Below are positions 8,863 to 17,654 of a stretch of 64,000 nucleotides of DNA, one piece after another; the first letter of the stretch is position 1, and the number at the start of each line of letters is the position of its first letter. This DNA is from an uncultured virus (IMG/VR IMGVR_UViG_3300050821_011122) (lineage: Duplodnaviria; Heunggongvirae; Uroviricota; Caudoviricetes). The notes beneath the pieces were generated by a model. The model was given only the letters and a program-made list of their open reading frames with translations. It ran no database searches and was not told where the DNA came from. A program made the translations under genes and the position numbers. The DNA lies in the IMG/VR virus record IMGVR_UViG_3300050821_011122; one strand, written 5' to 3'.

Positions 8863-10427
8863 TTCCCCTCCCATCGCTTAAGCACAGACTCAGCCAACTC
8901 AGATTCTCGCCGCAAGCCTGCGATAGTCACCTCAAGGTTATGGACAATCACGTCGGTGGCGCAGGTAGCGAGATAGCAGCGCGTGCCAATTACGTGCCCA
9001 TTGAGAATTTGCAGCGCCTGCTTCAGTTCTTTCGCCTCAGCCTGGGAAGCGGCCAGCGCGGACTCCAGCTCGGCATTTCGTTCTGCGAAGTGTTCCGCCA
9101 TAGCTTGCAGATTGTCCGCTTTCAACTTATCGAACAATTGAACCTTCCCAGTCGCTACTCGGGCGCGCACTCGCCTCAGCGCCGCGTCCGGGTCGTACTC
9201 CCAGCCGCTATTGTCGTTGATTTCCAGGTTGGAGGCAGCGCCTGCCCGGTATCCTGAATCAAAAATTAGTCGTTCAACGAGTCCGCCTCGCGTGGGATGC
9301 TCCAGTAGGAACGCAACCCATGATTCCTGAATTGTGCTTGCGGCCTCGCGCTCACCTGCCTCATTCAACACTGATTCATAGCACTCATGCGGGGCTAGTA
9401 CTTTTTGGCGGCATCGCGGACAGTCAGCCCATTGCGGTTCGCGCGAGGATAGCTCTGGTCCCAAACACTGCTTTTGATACTCGGCAGCAGTCATCCAAGT
9501 TATCCCACCGTCCACGCTTCGCATATTGCAGTCGTGACACATGCGAATGTCCGGCTCCGCAGGATGGCCACTTTGATTATCGTGCTTACATATCGGCTCT
9601 GGTTCCAATCGATCAGTTTCCACGGGGTCGGCTGGTAGTCCGCAAGAGCACTGTTCCTCCAGCTCTGGTTCCAAGCTCGACTCGGGGGTTATTTGGTTTG
9701 CCACCAATACTTCAGCACCGTCCACAGAGTTGGGTGCAGCATGTTGAGAAACGGGCGATGAAAATCGTCCGCGCACAGGCCTTTCGGTTGATGGCTGACC
9801 AGCATCGGATAAGTCGGCATGTTGCTGTCGCATTGCGGGCAGGTTTTCATTGGGTTCCTTTTCATGCCACTTGTCGGGACAGGCTTTTTTAGCGTGTCCG
9901 CGATTGCTGAGTAAATCCATAGTGTGCCCAGTTCCGCATTGCAGGCACAGACGCATCTCCCGGATTTGACTTCCGCAACTTGGGCAAAGTTCCTGCGGCG
10001 CTGCTGCGGGTCGTTCCTCCCGGCGCGTGACTGGAAAATAAGTGGTTGTCTGCGGGCCGCCAAAGAAGCAATAGTGATCGTGTTCTATCTTGCCACACGT
10101 CTTGCAACGTTGCGCGGATCGTTCCTCAGTAGGGGAGGCTGCCGCGTGCGCTGCAAAGTCTGCGGCGAATTGTAGACACGCCGATGTTGATCCAGAGCCG
10201 CAAATCGTGTGATACTTCGCAGCATTCATGGACTTCCATCCGGCCATAAACAGCCGTGCGTCGTCCATCGTTAGTTGAGTAGGGGATGCCGCACGAAAGT
10301 CATGCGATGAGCTTGACCAGTTAGGCCCCACGCACAATGCGTTAGGCGACGTGGCGTCCTCGCGCACTCCGCAGGTTATACAGAATCGTGGTTGAGTACT
10401 TGATGCCGCATCAGATTTATTAGTCAT
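8859..10427 (-). CDS. Mosaic hypothetical protein with multiple Cys-rich mini-modules
   Basis: Several CxxC motifs separated by AASPT/AASST-type linkers; C-terminal coiled coil. Confidence 0.7.
   Translation of the reverse strand: MTNKSDAASSTQPRFCITCGVREDATSPNALCVGPNWSSSSHDFRAASPTQLTMDDARLFMAGWKSMNAAKYHTICGSGSTSACLQFAADFAAHAAASPTEERSAQRCKTCGKIEHDHYCFFGGPQTTTYFPVTRREERPAAAPQELCPSCGSQIREMRLCLQCGTGHTMDLLSNRGHAKKACPDKWHEKEPNENLPAMRQQHADLSDAGQPSTERPVRGRFSSPVSQHAAPNSVDGAEVLVANQITPESSLEPELEEQCSCGLPADPVETDRLEPEPICKHDNQSGHPAEPDIRMCHDCNMRSVDGGITWMTAAEYQKQCLGPELSSREPQWADCPRCRQKVLAPHECYESVLNEAGEREAASTIQESWVAFLLEHPTRGGLVERLIFDSGYRAGAASNLEINDNSGWEYDPDAALRRVRARVATGKVQLFDKLKADNLQAMAEHFAERNAELESALAASQAEAKELKQALQILNGHVIGTRCYLATCATDVIVHNLEVTIAGLRRESELAESVLKRWEGK
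9689..9850 (-). CDS. Possible nested small CxxC protein (MKTCPQCD...)
   Basis: AAAGGAA RBS; different frame within 8859-10427. Confidence 0.45.
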   Translation of the reverse strand: MKTCPQCDSNMPTYPMLVSHQPKGLCADDFHRPFLNMLHPTLWTVLKYWWQTK

Positions 10428-10963
10428 CAGTTCACCAGCTTCTTACTACGTTCTTTCTCCAAGAAGATCCCCAAAACACAGCCGTACAACAAGGCAATGA
10501 GCACCGACTGGTACGGGTTCGCCTGCTGCTTCGTCACCTCCTCAGCAACCGTCGAAACAAGGTGGTAGACGCAAGGTTGAACGCGAAACTCAGCGGCCAC
10601 CTCGGCCATGACTGAAGCCTGGTCAGGGCAGCCATCGCGCAGGAACTCGCGCACCACGTAATCCATGCTGTACTCACTCTTGCCGGTCAATGCGAAGTAA
10701 TGCTGAATTTCCTGCTCCATGAAGATCCCGATCGTCGCGCCGTAGCACAGTGCGATCTTCAGAATATCGAACGGCTTCTTGTCGAGCCCTTGCGCTCTTG
10801 CCTCTTTATCGATCTCCACGACTAGCTGGTAGATTCGACTGGTATTGCGGATCAGCTCGCCGACCTCCATGACCACCTCGGCCCGTCCCGGCAATGTGAA
10901 GTCAAGGAGCATCTTGGTGATGTTCGAGATGTCGTAGTTAGCCACTTCGCTATTGCCTCTCAC
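10427..10963 (-). CDS. Hypothetical protein with internal duplication
   Basis: IALCYGATIGIFMEQE / IALLYGCVLGIFLEKE repeat. Confidence 0.7.
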   Translation of the reverse strand: MRGNSEVANYDISNITKMLLDFTLPGRAEVVMEVGELIRNTSRIYQLVVEIDKEARAQGLDKKPFDILKIALCYGATIGIFMEQEIQHYFALTGKSEYSMDYVVREFLRDGCPDQASVMAEVAAEFRVQPCVYHLVSTVAEEVTKQQANPYQSVLIALLYGCVLGIFLEKERSKKLVN

Positions 10964-11204
10964 TTTGCGGACTATACTCGTTCAGTGGATCGGGAGTTGG
11001 TTCCCACCTCTCATTATCCTCAACCTCGAAAATGTACACCGGGCAGCGAATCGGTTCAGGACTAAAACCATAAACGTCCACCCAGTTCCCGAAACCGAAA
11101 CCACCTAGCCGATAGATCAAAGATAGCTGCAGGTACTGTGATGAAGACCACTCAGGCAGCTTAATCGATGAGTAGCCGGCCTCGGCTAGGGACTGCAAGG
11201 TCAT
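10950..11204 (-). CDS. Hypothetical protein
   Basis: AAGGAGG RBS. Confidence 0.7.
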   Translation of the reverse strand: MTLQSLAEAGYSSIKLPEWSSSQYLQLSLIYRLGGFGFGNWVDVYGFSPEPIRCPVYIFEVEDNERWEPTPDPLNEYSPQSERQ

Positions 11205-11608
11205 AGGTCCTCCTTGCGAGGACGACCTGGTTTATAACGTAGAGAAACCTTCTCCGCAAAAATAAGCCGCCGGCGGATGTCTTCAAGCGTCTCTGGCTTT
11301 TTACGGTTGGTCTCCCCCGGCAGCGGCGTCCACTCCCGCAGGAACGTGCTCAGCTCCCACTCCCTGAGCCCAAGAATTGCACAAATCTGCCTTTCGGTCG
11401 CCGTTAAACTGACCTCGGCTGGTTCCCCAAGGTGAGAATACTCTCGCCCCGTGGTCAGGCGGTAGTGGTGCCGCTCCATCGGCCAGACGGTGACCTCATA
11501 GGGGTAGACGCCGCCACGCTGGTCGTGGGCGTGTAAGGCGTCGCCAGGCGGCACGCGATGGACCAACCCGTCACCGGGGCCGAGATACTCTGGAGGGGCT
11601 TCGAACAT
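11201..11608 (-). CDS. Hypothetical protein, probably leaderless
   Basis: ATG 11608 lies 7 nt after TATAGT. Confidence 0.65.
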   Translation of the reverse strand: MFEAPPEYLGPGDGLVHRVPPGDALHAHDQRGGVYPYEVTVWPMERHHYRLTTGREYSHLGEPAEVSLTATERQICAILGLREWELSTFLREWTPLPGETNRKKPETLEDIRRRLIFAEKVSLRYKPGRPRKEDL

Positions 11609-11615
11609 GAGAGCA

Positions 11616-11666
11616 ACTATAAGCCTAAGGGGAGGATGTTGTACACAAAAATATTTATTTATTTTC
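11616..11666 (-). promoter_or_regulatory. Early promoter
   Basis: TGTACA(11640-11645)-18 nt-TATAGT(11616-11621); 27-bp repeat of 1449-1475. Confidence 0.75.
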
Positions 11667-11933
11667 TTTGTACTTATAGCCAAAGTCTTCTTTTGTAAAG
11701 TCGTCTCTCAAGCGGAGGCCAATGTAGATCCCTCTCTTTAACGCTTGTTGCGCGGCGTCAAGGCGATCTAACGTATTCATAGAAATAAATAAACATAACT
11801 TGTTTATTTCTTTTGATTCGCTTACAAGCTGACGTATTTCACTTCTCGCCAGCATGTCGCCCGCATACCCATAAGATTCTCTTGCTAACTCATCTGCAAC
11901 TGAACCTTCTTTTTCAAGTTCTTCGCTCATCAT
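11655..11933 (-). CDS. Hypothetical protein
   Basis: ATGA-coupled to the primase gene. Confidence 0.65.
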   Translation of the reverse strand: MMSEELEKEGSVADELARESYGYAGDMLARSEIRQLVSESKEINKLCLFISMNTLDRLDAAQQALKRGIYIGLRLRDDFTKEDFGYKYKENK

Positions 11934-13807
11934 AGATTCTCATCACTCAAATTTAATTCCTCTTGTCCCTTGTACTTCTTAAAGTAATGACTTATCGTCG
12001 TCGGGGACACTTGAACCAACTTCGCAATTTCAGAATGTTTCATTTCCGGGTTTTCTCTAAATAGCTGACAAGCTTGCGTATACTTCTTGTTTTCCTTGCC
12101 GCTTACCGCGATCTGATTAAGATACGGGCTCTCACCTGGCGGAACCCTCATCTGCAATGGGACACCTTCCAACTGAAACGGCTTAAGCCCCGGATTCTTC
12201 ATGCCCTGGACATAGAGGTGTATATCATCGTCATTTAGGTCAACGTTAAGATTTTTAAGTCGCAGGCAACTTCTTAAGATCCCACCGTAGCCGGTCGACC
12301 CTAGCACTGAGTTCTCAAGGGTCCACCCCGTATCTTTGTTTGATTTAGGAACGTGATATAGACCGATTACCCCGAGTGCCCCCTGATTCAACAGGTTGTA
12401 GATCAGAGTGGCAAACTCAATGCTTTGCTCGTAAGCATGGGTGTCTTTAGCGGGGTTAAAGTAGCCGACCGTATCTAAGACAACCACCGCGTTGTTGGCT
12501 GAGCACAGCATCCTAGCGCTATTGATCTCCCACTTCTCTGATTCCATCGTCCTAAAGAACACCTGGTCATTGTCGGTGTAACCCAGCAGGGCGGCGTATC
12601 TCCGCACCGAATTCGCGTTCATTTCTGGCACATGATAGATAACGGGCCGAGGTTCAGAAGGCCCATCAAACCCCCATATGGGCTCTCCTCTCGCGATTGC
12701 TAGGGCGCATTGCAGCGCGAAAAATGTCTTACCATTAAAGGCAGAGGCGACGACCATCGTAAATGCCTTCTCGGGGATAAGGCCATCAACCAGGAACCGC
12801 GGCAGCTCTGAAGACAGCTGGCCAAATGTTTGAACGAACTCACGCCAATCAGAACCGTCAGTTACACCAAGAATCCGGCCCTCAAGGCCAAGTGACTTTA
12901 ACGCTAATCTAGTTTTATTTTCTTCAATATTACGGCACTCGTCAGCAAAGCATCGGTGAAATATCTCTCCGTTTTTAGTCTCGACAAACTGACTTTGTCG
13001 AACATTTGTCTTTTGATGGTGCACGTCACCCTTGAGCAGGCACCCCTGGATTTTTCCTGTCTTATTGACCAGGCCATGGTAACAATATTGGGTTCCGTAT
13101 TCAGTCTCCCTTGCAACGTACTCAAGGCCCACACGCTCTAGTTCCGCCCTAAAACTAATATTTTTGACGATCTTGGGAAGGGACCTTATATGTGGTCTTA
13201 CCTCCAGCGCTGGTTGCTTGGCAAGCTCCGCCTCGATCTCCGCCGTGCTTGTCTGTCTATAATTAGACCACCAGGCCTTGAACCCGTCAGGATCTTTGAA
13301 GTAGGGCAGGTTAACGCAGCTGGCCTTTCCACTTTCTGGCATCTGATCTTGCTTGGGAAAGACCTCGGCCTTAAGACCAAGCTCGTCTATGTAGCGATGG
13401 AGCAGGCCTCGCACCACGGGTGCGGGGCGGGGCTGGTCTAGAAATAAGACAAAGTGGGCGCCGCCGCTCTTGCTTTGGAAGTAATGCAGGGGATACTTCT
13501 TTTCAAGGAAGATTCGATTCCTGAGCTCTAAGATGCTATCCGCGGCATTTGTGTAGTTTTTTGGGTCAACGTCGATGACGCCAAAGCTGCAGGTACCGTC
13601 TTGATGCAGGGGAACGATTACCGCGCCAAGCTTGCCCTCGAGGTGGTTCTCGATGTCTTTAAGGCCCGCCGCCCGCTCGTGAGTCGTATACTTGCCGCCA
13701 AGCTTGCCGCTCTCAGGGTCTCTTTCAGAGGGGTCAAAGGTGGCAAATGAAAGCTCAGAGCCGGAAAATAGGGCATACAGGGTTGCGACGGGGTCAAAGG
13801 AGTCCAT
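11930..13807 (-). CDS. AEP (TOTE-type) primase fused to a RecA-fold AAA_25 helicase with C-terminal HTH
   Basis: IDVD, SKSGGAH, EVFPKQ, VNLPY; Walker A ASAFNGKT, Walker B VVVLD; ATG 13807 follows AGAGGAC. Confidence 0.85.
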   Translation of the reverse strand: MDSFDPVATLYALFSGSELSFATFDPSERDPESGKLGGKYTTHERAAGLKDIENHLEGKLGAVIVPLHQDGTCSFGVIDVDPKNYTNAADSILELRNRIFLEKKYPLHYFQSKSGGAHFVLFLDQPRPAPVVRGLLHRYIDELGLKAEVFPKQDQMPESGKASCVNLPYFKDPDGFKAWWSNYRQTSTAEIEAELAKQPALEVRPHIRSLPKIVKNISFRAELERVGLEYVARETEYGTQYCYHGLVNKTGKIQGCLLKGDVHHQKTNVRQSQFVETKNGEIFHRCFADECRNIEENKTRLALKSLGLEGRILGVTDGSDWREFVQTFGQLSSELPRFLVDGLIPEKAFTMVVASAFNGKTFFALQCALAIARGEPIWGFDGPSEPRPVIYHVPEMNANSVRRYAALLGYTDNDQVFFRTMESEKWEINSARMLCSANNAVVVLDTVGYFNPAKDTHAYEQSIEFATLIYNLLNQGALGVIGLYHVPKSNKDTGWTLENSVLGSTGYGGILRSCLRLKNLNVDLNDDDIHLYVQGMKNPGLKPFQLEGVPLQMRVPPGESPYLNQIAVSGKENKKYTQACQLFRENPEMKHSEIAKLVQVSPTTISHYFKKYKGQEELNLSDENL

Positions 13808-13941
13808 GTCCTCTTCTCTCTTGCAAGAAAAACCAAACACACACGGACCTTTTTCCTCTTCTTTCCAAAAACCCTTAAAGCTTGCCTGATGGGTGGGGAA
13901 CCCGCCAGGCAAGCTAGGTTTTCGTGTGCGAGCAAGAGGAC
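13808..13941 (-). promoter_or_regulatory. Structured 5' leader of the primase mRNA
   Basis: Nested inverted repeats 13808-15/13934-41, 13839-45/13923-29 and 13879-88/13906-15. Confidence 0.55.
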
Positions 13942-13979
13942 CTGAGAAGGTCGGCCACGGGATCAGCGCGGTTAATTTG

Positions 13980-14009
13980 AGTGTATCAAGCGAAAAGTGA
14001 TGCTGTAAA
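13980..14009 (-). promoter_or_regulatory. Leftward promoter for the primase operon
   Basis: TTTACA-18 nt-TACACT. Confidence 0.65.
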
Positions 14010-14051
14010 CATCAAAATGATAAGTGCACTAAAAGTGGTGCATTATTAGAA

Positions 14052-14438
14052 TAAGTATACTAAAATGAACAAGTTAGAGAATAAAGTTAACCCAATAAAC
14101 TATATATTTGGCCTACGAAATTGTAGAAATGAGCCTAAACCCTTTCATATGTGCACTGTTGCGCAAAAGTTTCGTGTTTCGAAGGGCTTTAGTAAACGAA
14201 AAACGAAACAGGGGGCGGAGACCACGCTCTTGGTGGCGTGGCTCCGCGCCTCCAACCTGTCCAGAATAAGTGAAATTTCATCTAGCGAAACTCCGTAACT
14301 ATATGCAGAATGAATAGGTTAGGGGTAATTAAGAGATAAAACCAGATAACGACGAAACTAGATGATTGTTGAAAACAAAGGACTTAAGTGCAAAAGTTTC
14401 GTGAGTTTCGTCAAGTTTCGTACAGGACGAAACTTTTG
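14052..14438. repeat. AT-rich region with nine GTTTCG/CGAAAC hexamers and IHF-like sites; putative origin or packaging site
   Basis: GCAAAAGTTTCGTG at 14163 and 14390; inverted ACGAAACTTTTG at 14427; AATGAAnnnnTTA at 14064 and 14309. Confidence 0.6.
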
Positions 14439-14526
14439 TTCACCTTTTGTTCACTGGACAAAAATCACGGTACTTTTGTACTGTGCAGAGTTTTGCACAC
14501 TTTTGGCCGGAAGGTGAAAATAATTG

Positions 14527-14556
14527 TGTACAACACTCGCCCCTGAGCACTATACT
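14527..14556 (+). promoter_or_regulatory. Rightward promoter upstream of the terminase genes
   Basis: TGTACA-18 nt-TATACT. Confidence 0.7.
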
Positions 14557-14703
14557 CCTCTCACGCGCGTTGCTCCAACGTGGACAACGCTTTATCCAGA
14601 GCGCGTGTTTTAAACACAACCTGCGTGTCAAGTGCAGAGTGGCCGCCTGCTCAAAATTCGAGCTTGGGTATCTTGAGTACTCTCTACTGAACAACTTAAG
14701 AGC

Positions 14704-15024
14704 ATGAAGGTTGGCGTCTTAGAGCACAGCCAAGAGCCAGGCGAAACGCCGGCCCACTGGCTGCGCTCCAAATTGGCCGACCGGCTTGTGGAGCACCGCC
14801 AGGCCATCTGGCTGGTAACCCGCCGCCTCCTCAAGATAGTGGTCCGCAAGACCTTCTCCCAGTTGGTTAGTTTCCTCCGGCAGCCCGTTACCAAGGGCGT
14901 GCCGATGCTTCTTCCCCCCTCCCTTCCCATCGGCTTAGACCTCTATTACCCCGCGAAGAATCAGTCGGGGCATCCTCACCCAGGCTTCTTATATGCCTGC
15001 CAGGTGGCCAAACGTGGCTACTGA
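14704..15024 (+). CDS. Hypothetical protein
   Basis: ORF at the head of the late operon. Confidence 0.5.
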   Translation: MKVGVLEHSQEPGETPAHWLRSKLADRLVEHRQAIWLVTRRLLKIVVRKTFSQLVSFLRQPVTKGVPMLLPPSLPIGLDLYYPAKNQSGHPHPGFLYACQVAKRGY

Positions 15025-15565
15025 ACTTACTCCGAATCCTCCTGAGTTTCTAAAGGAAAAGATTATCACGGAGTACCTGAAGGACTTTAACATGCGTCGT
15101 GTGGCGCGGGTCCTTGGTCGGGACAAGAGCTGGATGTTTCGTTTCTTAAGTCAGCCAGAGATCATTGAAGAGTGCCAGGCGCGCCTCGCCAAGATAGAGG
15201 TGACTCAAGAGCGAGTAAGGGAAGAGCTATTTAAGCTCGCTTTTTATAGCCCCACAAACTTCTTCGATGACGCCGGGAACTTAGTGCCACTAACGGAACT
15301 TGATGACAACACCGCGATGGCGATTACCGGTCTAGAAGTTTCAGAGATCTTTGATGGCGTGGGCAAGGATAAGATCCATATTGGCTATGTTAAGAAGCTA
15401 AAGCTTGCCGACAAGGGCCAGAACCTCGAACGCCTAGGCCGTTATCTCAAGATGTTCACTGACAAGATTGAGCATAGCGGCAAGATTGATGGCGAAAAGG
15501 TAGATGAAGAGCTAAAGTCTCTCTTGCAAGAGCTGCGACAACGCAAAAATGACCCAGCTGCTTGA
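15014..15565 (+). CDS. terS: Terminase small subunit
   Basis: EYLKDFNMRRVA...KLKLADKGQNLERLGRYLKMFTDKIEHSG pattern; precedes terL; start uncertain. Confidence 0.85.
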   Translation: MATELTPNPPEFLKEKIITEYLKDFNMRRVARVLGRDKSWMFRFLSQPEIIEECQARLAKIEVTQERVREELFKLAFYSPTNFFDDAGNLVPLTELDDNTAMAITGLEVSEIFDGVGKDKIHIGYVKKLKLADKGQNLERLGRYLKMFTDKIEHSGKIDGEKVDEELKSLLQELRQRKNDPAA

Positions 15566-17099
15566 TGACGTCGAAGAGCTGTTAGAGGTAGCAACACCGC
15601 AGGAGAAGAAGAAGCTCTATCATCTGCTGTCCTTGAAGAAGGACACTGACAGTAGTTATGTCAGGGCATTAGAGCAAGATCTTGGGCTCTTCGTGCGAGA
15701 GGCCTGGAAGTTTTTGAATCCAGGTCGCCAGTTTAAGTGGAGCTGGCACTATGATCTTATCTGTGAATATCTTACCCTTGTCAAAGAACGCAAGCTTCGC
15801 CGACTAATCCTTAACGTTCCGCCCCGTTCCGCCAAGACAACCTTCGCAACAATCTGCTTCCCCTGCTGGGTGTGGGCTACTCAGCCAAGCCATGAGTTCC
15901 TCTGTGCTTGTCACAGCCGGGACCTGGCCACCGACTTTTCGGTTGCTCGACGCAACCTGTTACTCAGCGAGTGGTATCAGGGGCTTTGGGGAGATAAGTT
16001 TCAGCTATCTGAGGATCGGAACCTTGCGATTCAGTTCAACAACACAAAGATGGGGCGCATGATTGCGACCTCCACGGGATCAGGCGCTGAGGGCAAGGGC
16101 GGCGACACTGCGATCCTGGATGATCCGATGTCCTCTGAGCAGTCACTATCAGACACTGAGCGCTATACGGCAAACCGCTGGGTGAACAATACGTTAAGAC
16201 AGCGGCTTAATGACCCGGCCAATGCGTCCATCATTATCATCATGCAGCGGCTACATGAGCTTGACACCACGGGCTTCGTGCTGAGTGAGGACCCTGAGGG
16301 CATGTGGAAGCACCTTGTGCTGCCCTTGGTCGCGGAAGATGATGAGGAGTGGGTGTTCCCGATAAGTGGTAAGGTTATTACTCGCAAAAAAGGCGAGGTT
16401 CTGCAGCCTGACCGCTTTACGCCGGACGTGGTTGAGGAGAAGAAGAGAAACCGCCTGGTGTTTGCGGGTCAATATCAGCAAAGACCAGCGCCGCTTGAGG
16501 GCAACATGATCAAGCGGGCGGATGTCATGTACTACGGGGGTAAAGATCCACTGACTGGGGAGCAAGACGAGCCCCTGCCTGCGAGTGGGCAGGTGCGGAA
16601 CCCGGTGTATAGCCGGATCCTGTTGACCGTGGACTGCAGCTTCAAAGACCTTAAGACCAGCAACTACGTTGCGATCGGTGTGATTGGGGTACGAGGCAGA
16701 AAGCGCTATGTGCTGAACGTGGTGAACGCACACCTAGACCTGGATGGTACTGTTAAGGAGATCCGGCATCAAAAGGCCAATTATCCACAGGCGTCCGCAA
16801 TCCTCGTGGAAGATAAGGCCAACGGAAGTGCCGTGATCCAGTCGCTTAAGAAAGACTTGCCTGGCGTAATTGAGATTGAACCGCAGGGCGGCAAGATTGC
16901 CCGCGTGTTCGCCATGGCCCCAGAGTGGCAGGCGCACGACTGGTACGTGGACCGCAACGCCGCATGGGCGGAACCTTATGTGCAGCAGCTGACAATGTTC
17001 CCGACCGCCGCGCACGATGACATGGTGGACATGACCAGTCAGGCGGCCATTTGGCTAGGTGGCGACGGTGGGTCATTAGACGCCTGGAGCCGGCTGTGA
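15549..17099 (+). CDS. terL: Terminase large subunit
   Basis: NVPPRSAKT, ILDDP, GQYQQRP, VEDKANG, HDDMVD. Confidence 0.95.
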   Translation: MTQLLDDVEELLEVATPQEKKKLYHLLSLKKDTDSSYVRALEQDLGLFVREAWKFLNPGRQFKWSWHYDLICEYLTLVKERKLRRLILNVPPRSAKTTFATICFPCWVWATQPSHEFLCACHSRDLATDFSVARRNLLLSEWYQGLWGDKFQLSEDRNLAIQFNNTKMGRMIATSTGSGAEGKGGDTAILDDPMSSEQSLSDTERYTANRWVNNTLRQRLNDPANASIIIIMQRLHELDTTGFVLSEDPEGMWKHLVLPLVAEDDEEWVFPISGKVITRKKGEVLQPDRFTPDVVEEKKRNRLVFAGQYQQRPAPLEGNMIKRADVMYYGGKDPLTGEQDEPLPASGQVRNPVYSRILLTVDCSFKDLKTSNYVAIGVIGVRGRKRYVLNVVNAHLDLDGTVKEIRHQKANYPQASAILVEDKANGSAVIQSLKKDLPGVIEIEPQGGKIARVFAMAPEWQAHDWYVDRNAAWAEPYVQQLTMFPTAAHDDMVDMTSQAAIWLGGDGGSLDAWSRL

Positions 17100-17305
17100 T
17101 CCACCCACGGGAATTGATGCGCCGCCTTACGCTGCGTGAGTGGTTGCAGCTGGGCGAGCAGGTGGACGCCACTATGGGGCGTGGTAAGCGGGTAAAGTTC
17201 GACGTGGTGAAGATTGAGCGCGAGGAAGGCAGGCTGCTGGTGACCGTGGACCTGGAGGGTAACGAAGTGCGCCAGGCGCGGTACGAGCTGAAGGTGGCAG
17301 CCTAG
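17096..17305 (+). CDS. Hypothetical protein
   Basis: GTGA overlap with the terL stop. Confidence 0.6.
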   Translation: MIHPRELMRRLTLREWLQLGEQVDATMGRGKRVKFDVVKIEREEGRLLVTVDLEGNEVRQARYELKVAA

Positions 17306-17645
17306 TGCGTTGCCGGACGTACAACCGGCTGGTGGAGGAGCGGCGCGCAGCCAGTGCCGCCCCCAATCTCGCCCAGATGAAGCGTAGCAATACAGTATCG
17401 GACGCGGGTTCGATTCCCGCCACCTCCACCAACAAAATTAACGGGGGTGCCAAGGTTTCGACGGTGCTGGCAAGCGACGTGGATGGGCAGGGCTGGCGTG
17501 GCACCTTACGACACGCAAATGCAAGCGCCAATAAAACGGCAAAGGTGATCGCTTTCCCGGCTTCGGCCTCGATGGCTTTCGCCGCGGCGGCCTAGCGGCC
17601 AACGCTCTGGGAGTGGCCCCGTCCCTAGCAAAGCAAACGGGGCAG
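17306..17645 (+). ncRNA. ssrA: Circularly permuted (two-piece) tmRNA gene
   Basis: 3' part first (T-arm GCGGG-TTCGATT-CCCGC, CACCTCC-A-CCA ending 17431), 11-nt spacer, then 5' part GGGGGTG from 17443 with G3.U70; tag frame 17527-17595 ends in AAAA-stop. Confidence 0.9.
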
Positions 17646-17654
17646 TGATTTAAA

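Noticed and set aside
14160..14440. CRISPR array
   Set aside because: Repeats are 6-14 bp, irregularly spaced and in both orientations
14065..14707. Short ORFs in the divergent control region
   Set aside because: No convincing RBS; they overlap repeats and promoters
15549..17099. Intein or intron in terL (polA also checked)
   Set aside because: Normal lengths and continuous motifs
17401..17431. tRNA gene or attP fragment
   Set aside because: No anticodon arm; the matching 5' end and tag follow downstream; no integrase in the window
17305..17595. 96-aa ORF spanning the tmRNA
   Set aside because: It overlaps the tRNA-like domain; only the last 22 codons are explained as the tag frame
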